Assembly (NCBI GenBank): GCA_051362555.1
Contig: CM120647.1
Span: 18,576,651 to 18,640,650, forward strand
Length of the DNA stretch: 64,000 nt
Reading direction: 5' to 3'
Source: Lingula anatina
Taxonomy: Eukaryota > Animalia > Brachiopoda
The position numbers were made by a program, and so were the translations under genes. The notes under the pieces were generated by a model. It was not told where the DNA came from and ran no database searches. It was given only the letters and a program-made list of their open reading frames with translations. Shown in pieces: positions 52,011 through 62,073 of the stretch; the stretch's first letter is position 1; every line of letters starts with the position of its first letter.

Positions 52011-52300
52011 GACGTAGTCGCGGTTTTGCTTCAGCCAATCATAATCCTTCATTCAAATACATTTCGGTCGAAAAAAAAATGCGATCACGAAATTTCTAGT
52101 GTATGCATCGATGGAAAATGAAATTGTAGCTCGTTTAAGATCCTACAAAAACAATTACTGGAACATCATTTATCACATTCCTTTATTTTAAACACAAACA
52201 TACTGCTTTGTTGAAAAATAAACAAAGACTCATGACATGCATGAAATACAACAAGTGTTTTGATTGGCTCTTATTTAGGAAACTCCAAGATGGAGGTGTG
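52005..52300. promoter_or_regulatory. Bidirectional promoter between Vac8-like (-) and BCLAF1/THRAP3-like (+) genes
   Basis: CpG-enriched; TGACGT (CRE half-site) about 52010, GCCAATCA about 52034, reverse CCAAT TGATTGGC at 52261, YY1-like CAAGATGG about 52286; two divergently oriented genes flank it. Confidence 0.55.
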
Positions 52301-52445
52301 AGAGGCACGTTTACCAGTTTACTGCGTTGGTTTCTCAAATTAACAACCACGTTAAGCAATTTTCACTGCTGAATTGCACCTGTTTATCTTGTAAAGCATT
52401 GGAGTAATTGAAATCGCTGGGTCGTTTCTATGCTGAAAGATCAAG

Positions 52446-55400
52446 ATGCCTAGGCGGAGCAGAAGCCGGTCGTCATCTTCAAGGTAAAATTAACAACAGC
52501 TGCCTGAAATCGGACTGAAACTAAACAGCCGAACGCCAGTTTAGATATAATCGATAGAAAACTGGACGTTTTCAAAATTTTGCGTTCCTTTTTGATTTCA
52601 TAGTCTACAGTAGGAGAAAATTAAGATATTTTAAAGGGGTGTATACTTCTAGACTAGTACAAGGTTCCAGTAAGTTAAGCTGTCTAGGTTAGAGACTGCT
52701 GCACTTGTCTTTTGCTCACGGGCACTGGTTTGCAACTTGGTCTTGGGTCCAAAGGATGTAATAGATATAAATGCATAAATGAACAGTGATTCTTTGCCTA
52801 TAAGTAACAGTAAGTTGATAAAGTGTATTAGCGTATTTTAAATGGTTTTGTGAATTACACGTTCTGGTTTTAAAGCAAATTATCTTGAAAATATGTATGT
52901 TTTTTCCGAATTTATTAGCTTAAGCATTTTACTATTAATTATATCTACATTATAAAACATTAGCCTTGCCTTTTTGTTGTAATAAAACACACACAATATT
53001 TTATTTAATTTGAAAACTATTAGCAGTGATTTAACCTGGGTCAAAGTACTGAAATTGAGATTAAAGTTTACAAACAATTGGAAGGCTATTTAAAAACACA
53101 TATCATGGAACATGATCCAGGTGACCTCAAATTTAAAATGCAGTATCTGCAAAATGCCCCAAAGTGCCTCATTTTTTTCCCTAAAATTCCTGTACAGCAG
53201 GAATAAGATGGCAGTGTTAACCTGAATATGTCAGTGCATGAATTCACTGCACTAATAACATTTAGACCCCATTCCCACAGATTTTAGATTGATCTATCCC
53301 CGTGGGGAGTCTCACTAGATTACTGTCAGCTTAGCCGGCTTAAATGTCTATCTACTAAAAGCTGTAAAGGGGTAATTAACTGTCGTGAACCCCCCATGAA
53401 CCCCCAGGGAGTTAGGTCGATCTGGATGGATCGATCTAAATCTCTGGGAATGCAGTCTTATTTTGTACTGAATATTTGTATTGTAATCAAACTTAAGAAA
53501 AGATTTTATTGCTTTTTGTTTTGTCGTAGGAGCCGTAGTAGATCAAGATCAAGGTCCAGATCAAGAAAAAGGTGATTTAGATGAGACAGCATCTGGTGCT
53601 GTATTAATCAGATTTTCAAAACTTACTTTTTACTGTAACCAAACCAGCATGGTCTGCTGCTCAATAAAAGACATATTTCTTTTTGTCTAGTATCACTTTA
53701 TTGTCTGTCAATATATATAGTCTTATCCAGCAAAATAACAAGCTGGTTTTGCCAAAATTGGTCTAAATTTTTGCATCAACATTTTTGTGCCTTTCTCTGA
53801 ACCAGTTTAAAATAAAAATAAATAAAAATAAAAATTAAATAATACTGTATCCTGGCCCATTATAACCAAAGTATGCCTTAATGTGCCTTAGTTACATTTT
53901 CGTATTTTCAGGACACCGTCCCCTTATTACCGTAAAGATAACAGAGGCAGAAGAAGGTCGCCCCAAAAGTCAGGGTCACCTGGGAGAGGGCGGTGAGGAG
54001 CCTTATTTACACCTGGGGAAGGTTTCACAGAGGAACTGAAAACCAGAATTTGGTCTTAACTTTTAGACCAAAAGTTTAAGCCTGCTTTGACTAAATTTTT
54101 AGGAGTAAAAGTCCTCTTAATTAGTGAAATACTACACCAGGTGGCTTTGCAGACAAAAAGTTTTTATCTTGAAGCTGAATCTGAAGGTTTTTTTTATGAA
54201 ACAGTCCTTGTAATATGTAAACTACAGTATTAGCAGAAAGTGTTTGATATTAGAAAAAATGTACAACTCAGTCTTATATTCTCATTCCATGCTAAGGTTA
54301 TGTTGATACTAAGTTGTATGTGTATATTGTGACTGTATGCAGATGATGATTATGATTATTAATATTGTTGTTGTTGTTGTAGAAGAGCCTCTCCTGCAAG
54401 AAGGCCAAGGTCACGTTCAAGGTCAAGGTCCAGATCAAGAGACAGGAAGAATGTTTCAGGCAAATCATCTGAGGCTAGGAGAGGGAGGTCAAGGTAAGGT
54501 CAAAGGTCAGCCAAAAGGAAAAGGATGGTTGTGAAAGGAAAGAATTTTGTGTTGATACTGATCAAAATGACACGTAGTATGATTTAAATTTGAGTGACAT
54601 CTCCACAAGTTATTTCAAAATGGAAAAGAAATTTGTTTTGTCAGTTAATTTTTGATTAAACTGATAACCTGTTTGCATTAAGGTATTATTATATTCACCA
54701 GTTCTACTATAGAATTTTGACAATTTTTCACAGGTCTCAAAATTAAGGAAAGCATCTCAGTTTCTCTGTAGTACCTGAATATTTGCTAGCTTTGCTGTCT
54801 AATTTGAAAATATCCCCTTCAGGTCTCCAAGGGAAGGTTCAGGACAGAAAAGCAAAGACAAAGGTTAGTGAATGGGGCTGAAGTGAATTTTTTTTTTTTT
54901 TTTTTTTTGAAAAAAATCTTTTTTTGTAACCTTTAACCTTTTTTAACCTGCTCAAACTGACTTAGTCTACAATGTTCCACTTCACTTTGAATCTTAAAGT
55001 CTGATTACCTTGAGATTGAAATGAAGCCCTTTGAAGACATTGAGATTACAGTAACCAAGTTTTTTCTCTCAGTGTTAGTAGTAGCCCATTTCAGCACATT
55101 AAATACATTTATCGGGGTTTGTTAATCTTAAAAGCTCTCAGAGCAATATCACTAAGTCTGCATTGCATAGCTGATTTTCCAAATTTATAATTTATCTGAC
55201 CATTAATTTTGTTCAGAAGAATCCTAAGATAGTCCACAAAAATATATAGCAGTTATTCATCTTAAGTATTATTCTTTCCTTTCCTTTCCTTGCCCCCCCC
55301 TCCCCCAAATGATACTGTTTATGGTATTTTGAAGTATCTGTTTCCCCTTTAAAAATTTTTCTAATTATTTTTATCAGTACGTGATCGCTCACAGTCATCA

Positions 55401-57856
55401 CCTAATCGTAATCTAAACACATCTGGGTCACTGCGCCATGGTTTACCAACACAAAGAAATAGGTCAAGGTCGCCTCCACCCAAAAGGAAGCGCACCCCTC
55501 AGCCGCGAGACAGATCACCAATTCAACGAAATATATCACCCTCACCACAAAAGAGACGACAACAGTCACCACCAGGTGGCAGGTCAAGAGAGTCACCTGA
55601 TTCAAGAAGAGCTAATAGATCTGTTGAACACATTCCTGCTGAAGTTCTGCCTCGCGAACGCAGTCCATTCGCCCCTGGTGATGCCTACACAGTGCGCGCA
55701 CCCAACTTTGGCAGCACAAAAACACTCTTAGATAGCCGATTTAAAGATGTCAACTCGGGCTCACGACCCTTCACTCTTGATGAGAATATCACAATCGGAA
55801 TCCATCGTAATGTAAGAGGAGAGTCTCCCGTGGTTGCACGCAAGCGTTATGATGTATTAAATGTTTCCATTGTGCGCAGGGCTGTAGAAGGAACTAAGCC
55901 GATTTTCGATAGAGAAGAGTTGATAGGGAAAATATCAGGAGATCTTCAAGATGACGTTGAAGAGACGCGTATTATACAAGTTTCCAAGGTGGATCGCCAT
56001 GATGACTACGCAGCTAGATTGTCCAGAGCAAAACTGGAGGAAGAGCTAGATGATGTTAATTATCCAAAGAGAGATGATGAGATGGACGGAAAAAGCATGC
56101 GGGTGGCAGTTGCCACTGTCTGGGAAGACACTCAGAGGAGGAGGTAAGGGTAAAACCACAGGGCAGGGGTTCAATTAAAAAAATTTTTTTTTCCCTTATC
56201 ATGAGTAGATAATTCCTTCTGATTATTTCTCTTTTGGTTAAGAGGTCAGGTTTAGAAAATGAGTGGTTAAAATATTGTGTTTATCAGTTGTGTGAAAGAA
56301 ATAATTTTTTTGTGGATGAGTTTGTGTGTTAGTGATTAGTGTCCTCTTTAAGTCTTTGCAAGCAAGGGGACAACACTAAAATTGGTGAACCAGAGTTTTT
56401 TTTTTCTTCAAATATTAGTAGTCAAACTATCTTTCAGTTCATTTAATTTACAACCATCCTCAATCTTGAAATTTGTCAGCCTGATGCACCTGTAAGACAT
56501 GTAATTAAATTATTAGTGACTTAATTGTGTATTTCAGGAAAGATAAAGGCACAGTCTTTCAGAGGGAGTTCAGAGGTTCCAAACAAGAAACAAGGATGAG
56601 GTAAGGGAGGTCTAACGGGGGTTGACAAGAAGATTTTTATCCAAGTGCTCTCCCAAACTTACTTGCCTCCCTATAATTAACTTTTTGGAAGAGGCTTTAC
56701 TAAAATCCCCCACCTTCCCTAAGGTATTTGAAACCAGCGCAGGAAACCATGTCGGCAATTTTTCTGGGCAGACATGCTTGACAATTGTAATCACTTGCGC
56801 AGGGTGTCCACACAACTTTTATAATAACCCCTTTCTTGTTAAATGATACTTTGACTGTTTTTTTGTTTTTTTTTCAGTTGTGCTGATGCATTTTATTAAT
56901 TTCATAAATAACAAGAGAGTGCATATTTCCTACAGGCTTAGTCAGCATTATTATCAAAATTATTATTTTGATATTATCTTTCTATTTGCTTGTAGTATTG
57001 TTGGTTTTTTACCCCAGTACTAAAATTTTCTCTTGATTATTTACAGGCCTGACATCAAACATGGTGATTTGAGACATAGCCTATCAAAGAGGCGCACTGG
57101 GTCGGAGAGAGAGGACACCTCATCTGATATTAGGTGTGTCTTTATGTGTGTTTTGTTCTGAGATGAGCTTTTTCTGTGGAAAAGCCAAATTCCGTTTTTT
57201 TAAATTCAGTTCTGATGGTTCCTGAGGTTCGTCAAGGTTAGGTGTTGGGTCCCATGATGAATGTTCAGAGTTTTTTTTTTTTTTTTTTTTTAAACCTAGA
57301 CTCGTGTCTGATATCCTCTGTGACGTAGTTAATGAGCAGATAAGTGTCATGCATACTGTTGATAAATGTATTTCAGACAACGTCTTGGTAGTAGAGAAGA
57401 GAAAAGACCAGGAGAGAAGGGATATCAGAGCGGTAAGGAAAAGGGTCTGATGTTTAAAGATATGTAAGAAATGAGTAAATGTCCAGTAAGGAAAATATAA
57501 AAGTTTGATATCTGTTTCTGACACAATGCAAAATCCATTCACCTTTCCACAAATGATAAGACTGGGCCTAGTTTCGTGCCTATTTCCATTGACATGCTTG
57601 CACAGTTCATTTGGCATTCAATTAAGATATTTCATGTTCATTTCGTATTCATTTAAGTTTTCCCTGCCATTCTGCAACTTGCTTCTGATAAGGAACAAGT
57701 AAACCAAATTAAATAAATTTAAAGCTGGTTGCATTGTGTAATATCCCCCCGCCCCCCGGCCCCCCCCCCCCCCCCGCCCCAGCCAATGAATAATTACATA
57801 AACTGCCCTACATAACTTTAGATTCTTTTCTTTTGTTCTTTCCTTTTTAAAACACA

Positions 57857-57899
<43 letters not shown>

Positions 57900-59326
57900 A
57901 TATATTATTATTTCCATCATTAAATTTTTGTTTTGTTATCATTCTGACTTTTATCTTTATTATAATTATTTTATTGATTGTGTTTTAACTTATTGCAGAT
58001 GTAGTTCAGAGACTACTACAGCAAGCAAACAGCTCACAAGAACCTTTGCCAGATTTTGCACAACGTCCAGGTATAGTAAAATGCACACCCAACTGTCATT
58101 TTAGTTGATAATATATCTGGTGGATGCTGTTTAAAATTCTTTAACATTTATTTTTTATTTACTTGTTTGTTTATTGAGAAATTTTTGGGTTATCTCTCTC
58201 TCTCTCTCTCTCTCTTTTTTCAGTCAGTTATATTTTTTTTTATTCAACTTAATAATTTCAGACAAAGGTGTGTACGAACCGTGGAAAGAAAACCCTGAGC
58301 TAATACCAAAAGGATCTTCTTACTATGAGGTCAGAGAAGCAGATGTTCATTTATTAGCAGGAAGTTTATTTAAAAGCAGGAAATGCTCATGAAGTTAAAA
58401 AAATCCAATACTTCTAGGCTTTAAAATTATAGTTCCTCTTAGAAGTAAGAATTAGGAAATTCAGTTTAGAATTATAACATTCTTATTTTCCCCATTCCTG
58501 TAGATTTTTACAACATAATTATTTTAGAACCTTCAGACCTAGGTTTTGTATTCTTGTTATAACTATTTTGCTAACACCTACAACAAACAGTTTTTAAATA
58601 CTTTTTCCAGCATGACAATCGAGGGGAGTTTGACTACTGGGAGAGGCGGGGAAGAGGGAGAGGACGGGGCTTTTTCCGTGGAAGGGGTGACTATCGCGGG
58701 CGTGGTGGGTTCAGGGGACGAGGAGATAGAGGCCGTGGGCGGGGATATCACAATACTGGTTACAGAGGAGACAGGAATCAATCTAGGTGGCGAGATGATG
58801 ACCGGGACAGAGATCGGGATAGGGATCGGGACAGAGAGCGGGATAGGGATCGGGACAGAGACCGGGACAGAGTGGGAGGAGCAGACAGAGATAGAGGTTT
58901 GTAGTCATGTTTAGACTATATTTTTGTTCCCTTATTGTGTATTTTATATGTACAGACAGTGTTGGTCAGTGCTTTTTGATCAAAGTTCTAAGTGTAAAAT
59001 TGGGAATGGATAAATGAGTTTAAAATGTAGGAGACTGAAAGTTGCTTTGGAAGATTCTTATGAAAGTCATCAATTAGTAACAGGAGGCTGTTGGCACTGT
59101 TTGATATCAAACAAGACTAAAAAACAACATGGCTTTGCTAGGATATGTGTGGGTATAGAAAGCAATAGATAATTCCCCATTATTGGTCATGATTCATTCA
59201 TCTATTTATTTTTCCCTATTTTTTGTGTTTATTTCAGAATGGAAGCACGATATGTTTGAGAAAATGAAAGAGGATGAACAGAAACCATCTAGCACCACAG
59301 AGAACCCAGTGTCATCACAATCATAG
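52446..59326 (+). CDS. RS/RG-rich RNA-processing protein, BCLAF1/THRAP3-like with split Btz(SELOR)-like C-terminal motif, 13 exons, 599 aa
   Basis: Exons 52446-52483, 53530-53571, 53912-53992, 54383-54493, 54823-54863, 55378-56143, 56538-56600, 57047-57133, 57377-57432, 57999-58070, 58262-58329, 58611-58896, 59238-59326 (1800 nt, in frame). N-terminus MPRRSRSRSSSSRSRSRSRSRSRSRKR, SP-rich region, DLRHSLSKRR, WKENPELIPKGSSYYEHDNR, RG/RGG tract, RD dipeptide tract, EWKHDMFE. Gene structure is confident; family assignment is less so. Confidence 0.82.
53265..53457 (+). mobile_element. 215-bp MITE family, isomer A (internally rearranged)
   Basis: GACCCCATTCCCA...TGGGAATGCAGTC, TTA TSD; lies in intron 1 of the BCLAF1/THRAP3-like gene. 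Confidence 0.85.
54010..54143. mobile_element. Possible degenerate MITE
   Basis: CACCTGG...TTTCAC at left versus GTGAAA...CCAGGTG at right; internal TTGGTCT/AGACCAA palindrome. Confidence 0.35.
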
Positions 59327-61682
59327 GTGGCATTGCTGCACATGACAAGACCAACAAACAATCTGCAGGTGTGGTCCACCACAATATTGGCTAACTTAGG
59401 CTGATAACAGTCACCTCTTTCCCGAAAGCATTTTTCGTAGGTTTTGCTTATAATACAGTTGTAGAGGGCACTATACTGCATGAGGAAATGATCACATTGT
59501 TGCATGGATATTTGGAGAGAAAAATGGAGAAAATTATTTGTGTTGTGAAGTGAATTTCGTAAGGTATAATAAATATCAGATGTAGATGGAACTGCCATGC
59601 AAGATGAGATGGACTGGTAACTGTGTGCTCATTCAAGATGGAAAAAAGTCAGCTCTGAAAGTATGGGAAAAGTGATCAAATTTTATGTTGTTTGTTTGTG
59701 GCTATTTACAAACAAAACATGGCAAATAACCAAATATTTGGATATTCACAGGTGATGTTTCAACATTGTCCTGAATATTTTATTTTTGCTTCCTATAAAA
59801 AGTTGTCTGTCTTCTTGGTAAATTTTTTTATTAACCGAGGAGTGCAAAGATATTGTGCAGTTAGCCAAAATGATTTTTTTCGTTTAGAATATGAAGCATA
59901 TTTGTCAGACATATGTGTCCCATTTGTCGATATAATATTATGGCAAATAAAAAGAATAGAAGATCAGTTGTGTAAGTTTTATTTGGAGTTAAAGATGTAC
60001 TTTCGTCATTGCAATTACATAATTGGAATCTGTTAAGTAGCTTTTTAAGGTTTTAATCACCTTGATGTCACTATGTCAGAAAAATGGGGCTCATTTTTTT
60101 TCAAGTGACTGAAATGTGACCCTGTCAAAGTTAATTTTTAATTAACAGAAGATTTATCTCAGAATCTTTTAGTCAACATTTTCCCATAAATAACACTTGT
60201 CATCTTTCAAATAAAATAATAAAATACAAACATCCACACATTTTGTATTGTACAAAAATAGTTTATTATAAATATTGACATTTTTTTGTCTATCCAGTAT
60301 GGTTGTACAGCTATATACAATAGTTTGTCATGTTTGAGGTATGTACAAAAGTATAGAGAGAACCCATTACATCAACAACAATCTTTGTGGGTATGGTGTT
60401 GCAATTTGTATAAAACTTAACAATGGACGTTTGAGATTTCATAAATAAATAAGCGGCTAAATATTTCAATAGAGAGGCATATATGTGGCATCACAGTTGG
60501 TAATGTGTATATATGGTTGATTTATATATTGGTTTAAGAACTTATGATATTAATTTTAATTTTCAACTATTCAAAGGCCTAGGTATAAAAAGAAAACTAC
60601 ATGCTAGAATTTATTTTAAGGCATAATAATAATTGATGTCCTATGCTGAAGCTTTAGAAATTAATCTGGTAACCATGAAAAAACACTTTTTACCATTAAA
60701 ATTCCCAACAAATAATGATAAATGACATAAAGTGGCAAACAGAATGTTGCTTAAACGAGTATGATTTTATATAATAAAACAATTTTACTTAAAATTGAGG
60801 TTGAACCCAAAACTGACTGAACAACTGAATTTTTACATAAATTGAATGGCACAATGAACTACTTGAGAAAAAAGGCTAAATGTTAAGTGGGTAACACATT
60901 AAAAATTTTCACATATTATTTTTAATTAAATTAAACCTGTTGTAAAGGCTAAGGATAATTTGTGATCAGATCATTCCAATTCTGACAAGTATGGCTGTAT
61001 GTTATAGGCACTAAAAATGAGATCCTGATTTACATCAAAGATAATCCTGCGACAAAGTTACCTAACAATGTTTGGCAACGTCAAAAACATCTTGTATGAA
61101 TTAATTACTCATGGACGGATTGTTCTGTAAGTTCACTGAAATTTACTGGATGCGTTTTGTCTACTACAGGTGGTCACTGAGATATAATACTTAGTTTATC
61201 ATGCTGATTCACAAAATCTAATTACAAGAATCTTGCACTGTCTACATGAAGGGTAAATCATTGTTTATCTTTAGAAAACTGACGTAATGACCAATGTCCA
61301 CAATGCTGATTCACAAAAAGCTAACAACTGAAATCTTGCACTGTTTACATTTTGAAATGGCAACATGGCTAGTTTCCAAAATAATGTCCAAAATAATACA
61401 AAAAAAAAAAAAAAAAAAAAAAATACTGGCAGATTGCTGGGCAAGGTGTAACATCTACAGGATGGAATGGCAGATGTCACGTGTTCTGGAGGGTCCAACT
61501 GAAATAAGTAAAACACTTAACCTCTGACCTCTTGCCCTCTGGCCTCTATTACTGTCTACCTGAGAAGTTTTAACGTCTTTTCCAATTTCAAAGAAAAGCA
61601 AGTAAGAAACTCCTGACATGGCTAGGAATGTGATTAGAAATGAACAGAAGGAAAGGCATCTCATTCTGTGAACAGTAAAATA

Positions 61683-62047
61683 TGGAAAACCCACTGTGAT
61701 TGGTCACATAAAGCAAGGCAATATAGTTTTGCTTGGTTTCAGATGGAAAGGCAACTGTGATTGGTCAAAGATAAAAGTGATTATGATTGGACACAGATAT
61801 AACTCATTGTAATTGGTCACATAGGATAAGGCAAATTGTGACTGATCACATGCAGATTCACTGTGACTGGTTACAGATAAGCAAACTGTGATCAGATATG
61901 GATAAAAGGCAATTGTGGTATGTCATTGATAATAAGGTACTTGTGACCAATTGTGTTCACAGATGGAAATGCAAACATGATTGGTCAAAGATGGAAGGAA
62001 AATTGTATTGAGCAACTGAAGAGAAAGGCAGTTTTGATAGGTTATAA
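61683..62047. repeat. Degenerate ~27-bp tandem array rich in reverse CCAAT boxes
   Basis: Consensus about GGAAAGGCAACTGTGATTGGTCACAGAT; intact ATTGG at about 61699, 61760, 61786, 61812, 61980. Confidence 0.65.
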
Positions 62048-62073
62048 ATGAATGAATGGAAAAACAGTATATT

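Noticed and set aside
58546-58914. 122-aa Gly/Glu/Thr-rich ORF
   Set aside because: Alternative frame of the real RG/RD exon (58611-58896); splice phases select the other frame. The same holds for 54337-54534 and 55438-55731.
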